Of a DNA stretch of 64,000 nt, positions 51,531 to 63,513 are shown in pieces. Position 1 is the first letter of the stretch. Every line of letters begins with the position of its first letter. The notes beneath the pieces were generated by a model that was not told where the DNA came from, did no database searches, and saw only the letters and a program-made list of their open reading frames with translations. Both the position numbers and the translations under genes were made by a program. The stretch covers positions 806,001 to 870,000 of the forward strand of contig NW_027191419.1 in assembly GCF_041146345.1 (NCBI RefSeq), read 5' to 3'. Source of the stretch: Neodothiora populina. Lineage: Eukaryota.

Positions 51531-52016
51531 CGTACCGAGGTCAGGGGGGGGGGGGTTCTCCTGCGTATACCCACCTTGTCGTGAGGCTTTGAGCAGTGCT
51601 TGCTTGTCGAGTATCTTGCTTCGCTTGTCGGGGGTGTAGCTTTTTTGTATCATGCTTGTCTGCGTGTACATACAGTGTGGGCGCATGAGGAAGTGCACGG
51701 GGTTACTGCGGGGTAGTAGTATAGCGTTGTCAGTGAGGGCTGTAGTATTCACTGCGTGTTCTGGCAGCCATGTTCCTGAGGTAATTACAAATACCCAAAT
51801 GCTCATGTTCACAAGTCCGTTTGGCACTCTTGATAGCGAAGAAGAAGAAGAAGAAGATCAATTGTTATGCAATGATGATAAAATACACTAAGAAATGGAA
51901 GCCGCCGTCTTTGTATTGTTTTCCTATCCCGCCTTAATTCCGCAAGCCTACTTCCCCTTTTTGTTTTCCGTAATCAGATGGTTCTTTTGTATCCAGATCT
52001 AAGGTCCAAAAAAACC

Positions 52017-53592
52017 TTAAGCGTTGAAGACACCAGCGATGCACTTGGTGACCAACTGCTGGTCGGTGGAACCGTTGGGGGTCTCGGACAGAGCGTAGGA
52101 AGAATCGAAAGATCCGGCAGCCCAGCCGGTCCAGCCAAGGTAGACATCAGAGTTCTTCATGAGCGTCTGGAGAGCCTCGCAGACCATCTGCAAGCAAGAG
52201 CTGTCGGAAGCACCGCCGCCGATCTCGGTGAGCATGGCCTGGCGACCGTTGCTGCGGAGCCAGGTGGCGAGCGACTCAAAGTCAGACGCGTGGCTGGAGC
52301 TGCAAGAAGTGCTGGTACCGCTGCCGTCACCGTCGAGGTACTGGTGCACGTCGAAGGCGATGTTCTTGGTGGTTCCGTCGATGTTGGTGACCTTGTTGAG
52401 CGCGGCGGCAGAGCCGTCCGAGACAAAGCTGGCGGCGTGGGTCCAGTCGTTTCCGGGCAGGAGGATGAGGTTGTCGGTGGCGCCGGCCTTGCGGATCGCG
52501 GTCACGGCTTCCTGGACGGTAGAGGCCCAGGTGGTGATGTCGGGCACATCGTGGGGCTCGTTCATGAGGCCGAAGGCGACCTTGGGCTTGGAGGCGTACT
52601 TGGTCGCGAGCTGAGACCAGAGCGAGGTGAACTGGGCGTTGGTCACACTACCGCCGCTTTGGCCGATGATCTGTCCGTTCCAGCGAGCGTAGTTGTGGAT
52701 GCTGACAATGCACATCTCGGCGACAGCGAGACAGTTGGACACGAGAGCGTCGTAGGCGGCGAAGTTGGTCGCGTCGAGGGTGCCGCCGAGCTGGCTGTTG
52801 ACAAGGTATTGCCATCCGACGGTCAGACGGAAAGCGTTGAGGCCGTCGTCAGTGACAAAGTGCTGCATCTGAGTCTTGCCCTTGTCACCGGGGTCAACCT
52901 GACCACCGCTGGAGCAGGTACCATCAGTGCTGCAGCCGAAGTCGAAACCAGCTGAAAACAAAGTCAGTCTCTTGATCGTATCATACAAGGACCATATACT
53001 GACCGATGTTGACACCAGCATAATTGACCTTGCCGGCGGATGCGCTGGCTGAGGCTGCAGGTTTAGTGGCAGCAACGGAGGTGCGTGCGACCGAGATGGT
53101 CGAAGAGGCAGCAGACGTGTGAACGACGACTGCTGAGGACGAAGCCACGGACGAGGAAGCGACGTGGGATGCAGCAACAACGGAGGTTGCAGGCGCCTTC
53201 GACTGAGCGACCGAAGATGCCTTGACAACAGAGGTGTGGGTGCTAGAAGCGGGGGCCGTCTTGGTGGCGAGAGTGGTGGCGGGAGCGGCGCTACTGGCAA
53301 CTCCTGCAGATCGTCAGTGGCATGCTTATCAGTGTCTTGGTGTCTAGTCCTCACCTGAAGCAGCTCCAGCAACACACTGGGAGTAGTAAGGGTTTTGGGC
53401 CTGGCAGTGCCATCCTTGGGCACACTCAGTGGCACCAGCCCAGCCGGAACCACCGCCTAAAAGTCAAATGTCAGTCATCCATGGCAACTACGATCATTGT
53501 CATAAATCAGCTGTACATTGGGCGTATGCTTGAGCCTGAGCGGCGTAGGCAGAACCAGCTGCCGTGGCAAGAGCGAGAACGGAGGCCTTCAT
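52017..53592 (-). CDS. Secreted GH5 endo-1,4-beta-glucanase (Cel5A/EGII type) with N-terminal CBM1 and Ser/Thr linker, 4 exons
   Basis: Signal peptide MKASVLALA; CBM1 [29 protein letters not shown] across intron 1; GVNIAGFDFGC, IHNYARWNG, GLMNEPHD, DVHQYLD, LTEIGGG and GWAAGSF. Confidence 0.93.
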
Positions 53593-55723
53593 TTTGGCAG
53601 GAAGAAAATAAGCGTGAAAAGAATGGCACGCTTTGTTAAGGTAGAGAAAGGATTCAAGAAAGAGTGAATGTGAATGAAAGACAGACTTTGATGGAAGAGA
53701 AATCACAAAAGAAGAACGAGAAAGTCAAGACTTATACTTGTCGAGGCTTGTCGAGGCTTGACTAGGAACAGCCCACTTCGGCCCATCAGGATCCTTCCAC
53801 AGGGTTGTAGGGGAGTCCATCGCTTGCTTAGTAGATTCAAGGGCGTCCGTCAGGTGAATCGGCCTACCTGGCAATTGACAAATACAGACTATGATGCTGA
53901 ACGGTCCACGTTGTGTGGGATATATGAGACGCTACAAGCGCGATAGTGGGATAATGTGGCTAGCCTGGGCCTTTGACTGCGACCTAGGTCGAACTTAGGA
54001 TATAACCGAGCCGTAAGACATGGGGAAACAAGCAATGGACAAGCAATAGGAGTGACAACTTGCGCAAGAGCGATGTGCCGCGCATCTTTAGACCATTCTC
54101 ACAAAGCCACACGGGTCTGCAGCATTAGATATGGATACCTTTACAGAACCGGATGACAGAAAGTCTCATCGCAGAGGCTTTTTCGGAGTCAATTGCGAGA
54201 GGTCATGTCCTCGTCTAACGCGGTTCTTCGTTAGTTTGGACAACGTGCAAGAGTAAAGAGGCAAGGCGTGGCAAGCTATGTCTGTATCAGAGAACAAGCG
54301 AGGGTGGGTCAGGAGAAATGAAGTCGAAACCTGAAACACAGGTGTCAAAGGCTGACTTGGTGGGGCTGTTTGATCCCAGTAACGGCCATAACAATCGAGA
54401 CTTCACAAGCTCGCTTATCTCGCGATGCCCAACAGTATCCGAGCACAAGTACGGAGTACACTTCTCAGTACCTCAGCTAGCAGATCATGTAGGAATAAAT
54501 AATTATTCTTCAATCGATGCAGACACTGGCCTTTTGTCGGAACTTTACAGAGTTCATCGGGAACTTTTTGCATCAGATCGATGGCAATGACTTTAGGACG
54601 TCCCTAGAGCCGCTCGGTATATTGCATCCGAGTGACCGTAGCTTCCGTGTAGCAATATCGAGCACGACCTAGCTGTGGACGTTGCCGCCCCCTAATTGTG
54701 CAGTCAATAGCAACCTTCCAATATAACAGTGATTTTAGTAGAGGCAGTAATGTCGGTCGGATTTGCGCGCTCTTATGGCATCCGGCCCCCGACCTGCGAG
54801 GTCGTCGATCCACAGAACGTTCCACGTCGTCGATCAGCCGAAACGCCATCAAGATCAGTGTTCTGGGCGTCGACACTTTGCAGACAATTCGAGCGACTAT
54901 TATGGCTCATCGCGACACAAAGAGCTGCCAATAATAGTAGCCGCTCAATCTATACGGAAATTACAATATTTCGTCATGAGATGGTGGACGGCTTCCTATT
55001 CGTTTGTATGCGTGAGGTACGTAGTGCTAGACTTGCGATTCATGCTCGATGTCAAGGTACAGTAGCTTTGGACGTAACATGCGTCATACTTACTGGCAAA
55101 ATACTTCCGGATGTATCATGCTTATGAGCAGAGCTTAGATCTCTTCAGTATTGTCGTGTGTTGCCCTAGATAAAAATCAATGCTGGATATTTTATCCGTA
55201 TTGCACTGCCTGCACGTTTTGGTCGATGCCGCTCGGCGCCGAGGTACATTCGGGTCCGTATCAACAAATCTCGGACTTCCGTCTGGAGGGCGACCCTGCT
55301 CGATACGTGGGTAAACAGACGGCCTACAAAAGATGCTCCAGCAAGAGCCTGCAGGTATTTAGACATATCCTACTTCGGCATGATATTCTTCTGGCTTCTG
55401 CCATTTTATGATGGGCTATTATGGCATGTACTTGCAGCGGTTACATCATTTTCACAATTGAAAGTTTCTAAGTGAAAGAGGTCAGACATTCATACTGTGG
55501 CTTTGGTCATCCTTCGCCAAGATCAGTACAGTTGTAGCGCACCACAAGATAATATCGTTACTGTTGATATACTCACTTAGCATGTATATCACTAAGAAGT
55601 AAGATATAACGTACCTTAGACATAGGACCTACAGAGACGTAGCGCTGCTCACTCACGGCCACTTTAAATCCTGAACATTGTGAGATTTATCTATTAGCCC
55701 GGCTGTACTCATTCCATCACAAA

Positions 55724-55815
55724 TCTTTGTTGGTCTAGTGGTCATGATTTCCGCTTGTCATTCTGAATTCAGTCTACAAGCGCGGGAGACCGGGGTTCGA
55801 TTCCCCGACAGAGAG
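55724..55815 (+). tRNA. tRNA-Asp (GTC) with intron
   Basis: Acceptor stem TCTTTGT/ACAGAGA, box A TGGTCTAGTGG, anticodon GTC, ~20-nt intron, T-arm CGGGG-TTCGATT-CCCCG and downstream T run. Confidence 0.92.
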
Positions 55816-56137
55816 ATTTCTTTTAGCACGTTGCCAGATATGCAGTGACATCACGCAGGCGTGTCAAGCAGAGGTACCTTACCTTAATTTTGATTTTCTT
55901 ACCTCAGCGTAGCATTACTTACATGCTTGAGGTATTGTGGTGGTAATCATGCCAATTACGATGCGCGTCTAATGCACAGTCTAGGTAGCCTCTTCGGCGC
56001 GTCCCAGCACGTAATGGATACGTTTCGATCGTGCTTCTCATTGTTTTGATAAGTGTGTCATTCGATACACAACAGAGCACACTGATCTCCCGGTCATTGC
56101 GCGTTCAAGGGTAAAGCAGCCTAGAGCTGTCGAGTTC

Positions 56138-57448
56138 CTACGTGACAGGATGCACCCGCATCCTAACAAAGGCCATCGTTCTTACCTCGAAGAGCCTGTG
56201 ATCTGGCAAGGGTGGTGTAGTGGTCTCCCTCTCTTCTGGCCCTGGGTCCGACACACTGGTAGCCGTAGTACGCTCAAATAGCCATTGGTTCCTTTGCTCG
56301 TACCCATAGCCATCAACTCCTGTCCAGGAATCTTTTTCAACACGGCCATCCCACCTCAGCTCGTACCCATCATTCATTGGAAATCTCCATGCCTTGGCAC
56401 ATTCAACCACAACCTCAAGCTGGTCTGCCTTTTGGGCGAACGTTTCGAAGACAAACTCCAGACGCTTCAAGCCCTTGAACTCAGTAATTTGAGCTCCCCA
56501 GCAATAAGGATTGGGCCAGCCATGCCACTCATATCGGCGGCGTTTGGCCGCCTCATCCAGCATTCGATATCGTGAGGTACTTGTCTGTGTGCGAATCCAA
56601 CCATCGCCATAACCAGGTTCGATCGCCAGCTGTGGTGTCGTATCAGTATCGCTGAACGAGCAAGAGCCCTCGATTGGTGCATCTTCCCACGTCCACCATT
56701 CTGTCCGACCCAGCCGCAGAATCAACGTGTCGATAATGCGCGGAACGTTGGGGTTCGATGATGGCATCTCCATGCCACTTAATCTTTGGGTCGCCGGGGA
56801 GGTATTATCGCTGTCTGTCATTCCCTCTGCAGACGATGTCACACTATGGTGATCTGTACTTGCGCTAGTATCAGTCTGCAAGGTGACTCCTAACTTGGAG
56901 CTCTCGAATCGTCGTTCTGTTCTGAGATCCCGAGCACATCGTGATAGGTTTTGACTTTCCAGGTGGACTTGTTGTATCGTCATATCAACCGAGTGCAATG
57001 CAGCAAACTGCCACGATGTCAATTTGCGTAAAACTTGCATCCCCCTCCTAGCATGAGGAGGTATGTGATGAATATCATCATGGTAGACAATGATAGGATT
57101 CAAGGTTATCGGAAGCTGGTATGTCTCTATATATATAGCCCTGCAAGTCAACAACAGCTCAACCGCTATGCTGCGAGGACCAGATGCGCCAGGTCTCACA
57201 AAAGGCTCGTGGTTTCTTTCAGGTCTAGAAGGACCTGCATAGGCAGATAGTGCGTGCTCGAAGATGAGATCTCTCAGCTCCCTTGGAATTGTAGCGAAGA
57301 GTGGGCACTGATCTTGTGAATGGATGTCTTTGCGCTTGGAGAGCTGGACTGCGAGTGGCTCTACTTCTACTTGCACTGGCACAGGCGCTGGTGGTCCAGG
57401 TACGCGAGGTGGACGTCCCCGGTGTCTGGCTATGCGTGGATTCAGCAT
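56138..57448 (-). CDS. Fungal F-box-like hypothetical protein
   Basis: 436-aa intronless ORF; QDQCPLFATIPRELRDLIFEHAL..LLLTCRAIYIE and RTEWWTWE. Confidence 0.75.
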   Translation of the reverse strand: MLNPRIARHRGRPPRVPGPPAPVPVQVEVEPLAVQLSKRKDIHSQDQCPLFATIPRELRDLIFEHALSAYAGPSRPERNHEPFVRPGASGPRSIAVELLLTCRAIYIETYQLPITLNPIIVYHDDIHHIPPHARRGMQVLRKLTSWQFAALHSVDMTIQQVHLESQNLSRCARDLRTERRFESSKLGVTLQTDTSASTDHHSVTSSAEGMTDSDNTSPATQRLSGMEMPSSNPNVPRIIDTLILRLGRTEWWTWEDAPIEGSCSFSDTDTTPQLAIEPGYGDGWIRTQTSTSRYRMLDEAAKRRRYEWHGWPNPYCWGAQITEFKGLKRLEFVFETFAQKADQLEVVVECAKAWRFPMNDGYELRWDGRVEKDSWTGVDGYGYEQRNQWLFERTTATSVSDPGPEERETTTPPLPDHRLFEVRTMAFVRMRVHPVT

Positions 57449-58620
57449 TGTAGATTGATATGGCCTTAATTCAACACGATATCAGTGTCTTGAATAATGG
57501 AATAAAGCATGGTTCAAGGCTCCCATCCTGACTAGTCTTTACATGCAACGCAAGGTGGCTTGGGCACACGGAAATAAGCCCGCTATTGTACATTAGGCAG
57601 CCGCAACAAGAGTGATGACTATTGGCTTGCTGCCTGGAGAAAACTTGTTTAAAGCAGCCTTAAACAAGAATCACAATATCCATGTTATCGCTGATAAGCG
57701 AAGCGATGATTTAGTGCGCTACCGGCAATGACATACCTATACTGCGGGGAAATATTGCCGCGCAACTTGTGTTCCAGACTCGTGGACAACGATTTCAGCG
57801 ACGTCTAACTCAACACCGCAGTGTGTAATATCTGGTAGTAATGCATAACCACTCAGGCCCAAGTGGCCCAAGGTAAGGTCAAAGTGAGGTAAGGTAAGGT
57901 ACATTTGGCATGGTCGGCTCGTCAGATCTGGCCGGTGGTCCGCGCGACGCTGCGGAGCACCTCCGTCCTGACCCAATTGAGCTTGGTCTACACTGTGCCA
58001 AATCACATCTCTAGACCACTTCTTGTCTCCAAACTTGCAGAGTCTTGCCGTTTACGGCGTATACAGCGCATGGAGTCTCAGACGGCAATTAACCCTACAT
58101 AGACAGCATCATAGAATATCGAGGCCTCGACCGCCACCATCATCATGGCTTGACCCTCGACCGTTGAGATTTAACGTCTTCGCACACGGCAATGCCATTC
58201 ATGTTTCTAACCATGATGAGCGCTAAACATTCGACGAATCTCCGTAACGCGACATCCAAGATTGCGGTGATCGAGAAAACCTTACCCAAAGCGCTACAGA
58301 CATCATTTTCGAGCATCATCGGATTCTTGACTTCCAACCAGCCTGCATCTATAGATCTGACGGTTATGGCTTCACACATACGGAGTTCAACACAGATTCT
58401 CCGGTCAATAGTCGGGGCTCAAACACGTTGGCACCGTTGAGATTTCCCTCTTTTCTGTTCCTCATTTTCGGTAATGTGTCTCATACATGTGAATGATGGC
58501 CAATCTGCGAGGGCACTACTCTGAGGTCAGACTCTTGTTCTAGGTTCTAGCTGAAAACTGGTATATATGTCGTGCGGTCTGCTCTCTTGATGCATTGGTT
58601 ACGAACTGCCGCTCATTCAA

Positions 58621-59938
58621 ATGTATACTCTCCTTTGTTCTGTTCTGTCCCTCGCTCTGCAGGCCCTGCTGGTTCAAGGCTTGCCTCACGTGGCAACCGA
58701 GAATCATAATGTTGTAAGAGACACTGCGGCCGTGCCAGTACGCGGCGTTAATATTGGTGGATGGCTTCTCCTTGAAGCGTTTATGAATTCCGATATCATG
58801 AGTCCTTTCAACGCAACTGACCAATGGGATTTTGATCAAGTTGATCATGCGGCGGATATCTTGGATTATCACTGGTCAAATTATTTCACGGAGTCCGACG
58901 TCGAGCAGATTGCAGCTTGGGGTTTCAATACGTAAGTCACAGGATATTTATCTCCTAGTCCAGACCGAGCGGACATGTAACTAATCACCTGCATGTAGCA
59001 TTCGGATACCTATTGGATTTTGGGCATTTAACAATACTGGAACGCCGTATATCTCCGGAGCAGATGCATATCTAGAGAAGGCCCTTGGATGGTGTAGAAA
59101 CCATGGCATCAAGGCTCTTATCTGCGCCCATGGGCTGCCCGGCTCTCAAAACGGATTCGACAACTCTGGACATCGAGGCTCAGCTAATTGGATCACAAGC
59201 GATGGTGACGAGTTGCAGATGAGCCTCGATGTTCTTGAAACTATGGTCGAGAAGTACGGAACCACATCCTGGTCTGATGTCGTTTGGGGCTTAGAGCTAG
59301 TGAACGAGCCAGTTGTTTGGGATACGAGTAGCTTTGGCGATGTCACATCGTGGGCGAAGAGCGCTTTCGACGCGCTGACCGGGATCGCTGGAAATGCCAA
59401 CTTGAAAATCATCATGCACGATGCTTTCGTTGGCGCCTCCAACTGGGAACCTATCGGTGCCGCTATCAATGAAGGATGTGACGAGTCGAACTTCTATCTT
59501 GACCTCCATTTATACCAGAACCAGGGCGTCGACGATTCTCAGCTCCAATATTCCGATCACATCCAGAAAGTTTGCGACTACAAAACTTCGCAATTCCTGC
59601 CAAATTCTACGTCGCTACCAATCCTCGTTGGCGAGTTCTCTGATGAGATCAACATCTGCGTCGATGCCAATGGTGTGATCACCCCCGGTGTGAGCTGTTC
59701 CACTACTGGTTGTCAATGCGCAGCCAACACCGATACTTCACAATGGAACAAATACCTCGTAAACGCGACTAGGAAATTCTTCGAGACCGAGCTGGATGTC
59801 TTCGAGAAGTACTCAGAGGGTTGGTTCATGTGGTCATACCAAGGTCCTGGTGCCTGGGGCATGCAGAATTTGTTCAAGTATGGCATCATTGGGCCCAACA
59901 ACATCAACGAGCGACAATTCCCAAACCAGTGCTCATAA
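58621..59938 (+). CDS. Secreted GH5 exo-1,3-beta-glucanase-like (Exg1 type), 2 exons
   Basis: Signal peptide, VRGVNIGGWLLLE, intron 58932-58998, TIRIPIGFW, HGLPGSQNGFDNSG, ELVNEP, DLHLYQ, VGEFS and GWFMWS. Confidence 0.92.
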
Positions 59939-60042
59939 TTCCATAAATATACAATCAGACAGTCCTTTTCAAATACGTTCACATTCTTGCTGTTCAGTCG
60001 TTTATTAGATTGTTGCAATGGCGACTAATGGTTATCACGTGA

Positions 60043-60135
60043 TCCCATGTGGTCTAGCGGCTAGGATTTGTCGCTTTCACATATTTGAATTTATGGAGAT
60101 CCGACAAGGCCGGGGTTCGATTCCCCGCATGGGAA
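60043..60135 (+). tRNA. tRNA-Glu (TTC) with intron
   Basis: Acceptor stem TCCCATG/CATGGGA, anticodon stem TGTCG/CGACA with CT-TTC-A loop and intron, T-arm CGGGG-TTCGATT-CCCCG and T5 terminator. Confidence 0.92.
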
Positions 60136-60439
60136 ACTTTTTAGCCAAAGAGTGCTTGTCTTGGCGGATAGGCAATTTTGTCCGGTGCTTATGGAGTACG
60201 CTGGGGGCCTCAGCCAGAATCCGAGAGGTTGTATACCTTCCTACCCCAACGATCCTCAAGCTCTCTGATTTGGACGGCGACCACCAACTTTAGACGCATC
60301 TTCTTAGATACGCCTCAGAGCTATACATTCGAGGACGCAATCGCTCGACTGTTGATAGATATGAACATGTATCATTAATGCTGCTGAATCGACGAATCTA
60401 AAACTATTTATACAGCTACACAGACACTCCTCTTTTCTT

Positions 60440-62090
60440 CTACTTTCGTGACGTCGGGTTCCAAGAAGAATATCCGATAATCTCACGTGCGTGGGCATAA
60501 ACACCCATTGTCGCGTTCAGAATCAAATAAGGCGTGTATAGGATGGAGAACAAAATCATCGCTTTGAAGGATGTAAATTCCGAACGGGCGAGGTCAGTGA
60601 TCCATAACGTGATCAGTAGACAAACGACACTAATTCCAGATTAGCATGGAAATGGCAGGAATGATTTCATGAAAACTTACGTTGCAAACAAAAACCACTC
60701 TGCCAATGGATATCGGAAAAAGACCAGTCTCAGGAATTCGCCAACGTTGTGAGGCCAGCCTGTGATGACGAAGCTGAGAAGCAGACAAGTGTGCTGTGTA
60801 ACAAGGTAATATGAAATCTCGCGGACAAACAGTAGAGAAATCAGACCATAGCGCTCGCTCCAAGTCCTCTTCCGTTGCGGTGGATCGGTCCAGATCATCG
60901 CGATATGTCTTATGGAGGCCTAGGCATCATTAGTATCTTCTGTATGACAGATATGGAACATCGCCAGGATGGACTGACCTGTGTCCAGCCTTGAGCCCAT
61001 CTCATTCTCTGTTTCCAGAAAGCTTCCCAGAATGTGGGAGCCATCTCAAAAGATTTAACGTTCATATCATGCACAGCCTTACGACCTTTGCCATATGCTC
61101 TGAGAGCAGAGTCAATATCCTCGCAAAGCATATGGCCGTGCATCTTGTGCGGACGCAGCAGCTCAGTCTTCCAGTATCCATTAGAACCACAGAAAAGACC
61201 GAATCCAAAGAGACGAGATCTTCCGGGATGAGAAACAGCATAGATCTTGTCGAACTCAATGGCGATCATCTTGGTGAACCAGTTCTCATCTGTGTTGTAG
61301 ACCACACAGCGACCTTGGACGATGTCCACAGTCGGATCCGATATGAATCGTTCTGCTGCCCAACGAGGATTATGCGGGTGGGGAAAGTGATCGCAATCAA
61401 AGATCGCAGTGATATCGGCACCAGTGTCAAGCGTGAAGAAGAAGTTCAAGTTGTCTGCCTTGGACTTGGATCCAATGACCTTGATGACCTTAAGTATGGG
61501 GTTGGCTTCCGACATTTCTTCGAGCTCTGTTTCCAGAGGCTCGATCGGTTTTGGTGTATTATACACAAGACAGACTCTGAGCTTGTCGCGGGGGTATACG
61601 ATCTCGTCCAAGGCATAGTTGACCTGTTGGTCGTTCGTCAGCAAAAGTTGTTTAAGTTTGACCGACATTGACAAACCTGATCCTTGACAATATCTCGCTC
61701 GTTGGGAAGATATGCAACAATGACAACATCCATAATCGGCATCAACTCATCTGGACTAGGAAATAGACCAGATTCTTCGACTCGGATTGCTGCAGCTCTC
61801 GCGTCACGGAGAGGAGACACTCCAAGAAAGGCTTCGACAACCGTACAGCATGCCACATAAAAGTTCACGGACATATAAAAGAAATAAAAAACTTGAATTG
61901 CCTGCTCACTCGCTGCGGTATACAGTGCCGTGCAGGCGATGTAGTATGCCGCAACGAGGATGAATGGAGTCCAGTCAAACAACCAGGCCGAGACATAGTC
62001 CGAATAGTGTGTCCAAATGCTCACTATCCTCTTGAAGCGTGATGGTCTGCTATGCTGAGAGCCCCGTCGGGCTGCTGGTAAGATAGCCAT
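60440..62090 (-). CDS. Processive membrane glycosyltransferase family 2, 4 exons
   Basis: N-terminal TMs, AYLPNE, KADNLN, FDCDH (DxD), CEDID, QRMRW (QxxRW) and C-terminal TMs. Introns ~61676-61624, ~60978-60920 and ~60680-60630; stop at 60440. Confidence 0.9.
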
Positions 62091-63513
62091 GACTCTTGAA
62101 CAGTGTGATGTCCTGTCACGATGGTGGACAAAGTCGCGAAGCAAGAATCCGGGCTGGTGTAGAAAGAAAGGGCGCAAGAGATAATTTGACAGTGTCGTAC
62201 CCGAAACCACACGTCACCTTCGATGAGAGCATAAGACTTGACCTCTATTCGGATGAGGAAGAGTGAAACAAGTGCAAAAACTAACAAAAGTCGATCACAT
62301 CTGATGTATATAGGTACAATCCATACAGCATAATCAGCAACATAGTGCTTCCAAGACCGAGCCCTGTCTCTCCCACAAAAGCCATATGAGCATTCCTAAG
62401 AGCGATTAGAGAGGTTGGGACCGGTCCTCGATAGGCGGTTGTACCAGAAGAAGCACTATGTGCAACTTTCGCATGTCTCAAAATGACATTGCTGTCTCGA
62501 TTCGTGATGGAGGACGAGTCGCTTAAAGGGCTGGACTCTTCATAGGCTGTCTCCTTAGAGCAAGCACTTACCCAACTAAGAGTCTCATGCTTGATTTGTC
62601 GTGGTGGATCTGTATTCTTAGTCAGAAGTTTCGTTGCAATGTTTAGTGTGGAAAGATCGCGTGGCGTGCTGGCACTATCACAGGACCGTTGCTAAACAAG
62701 ATTTGGAAGTCAAAGGAGGTCTTCCGCCGATAAACATCACCCAAATCCACTGTAACGATCGAAGGATTATACAATGACCTCACAAGCAGCGATGGATTAT
62801 GACAAAGGTGTGGAAGAAGGAATAGCCACAGTTAGGGGCACAGCAGTGTCGCATCTGTAGGTGTGAGAAGAATCGCAATTCTTCGACAACTTGGATTGTC
62901 CCATTTGCATGAAGGCCACACCTCGGCTGGTTGCTTAAATCCCACGGTGTTTGTGCAACGTGACTTCCACAACTAGAGTTCTGCAATTATCGAGCCTCAG
63001 CGGCGTGAATGGTCCAGATCTTAGCTCAGGTGAACAAAAACCTTGATTATCATTCATCCATTTCTGATTATAGGGTTGGAAGACGTTGGCGACTGCCAGA
63101 GGGTCGGGTCGCTAGTCGCCGCTAGTTCAACAACGCCAGTTCTGGGTAAGAATCATGTCTAATTCGCCAAAGCACTTTACTTGGCAGAAAAACAAATAGA
63201 CTGTCTCAATTGAGGCAAGATGTTTCTTCGCACTCGGAGTGATGATATGCGTATCACTTACTACCTAGGCATGTGTACCACGATGATGTAGTATGATCGA
63301 CCTCTATACAGTATACTCGTGGCTGTGTAGCCAGAAGCCACGTTGCTCCACATGGCAAGTGCGTATCTGTGGATATTGACAGTCTTTCATAACGATATGA
63401 GATATGCCCACTAAGAAGCAGTAGAGAAATTTACCAGCGAGAACGATCTTGTAAATCTAGAGAATGGTGGGATTAGTATATAGAGTTGTTGGACATATAA
63501 AACATGTATATAA

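Noticed and set aside
51978..52955. 325-aa plus-strand ORF
   Set aside because: Antisense shadow of the GH5 endoglucanase.
53700..55700. Short ORFs upstream of the cellulase
   Set aside because: No motifs or codon bias; more consistent with a long promoter region.
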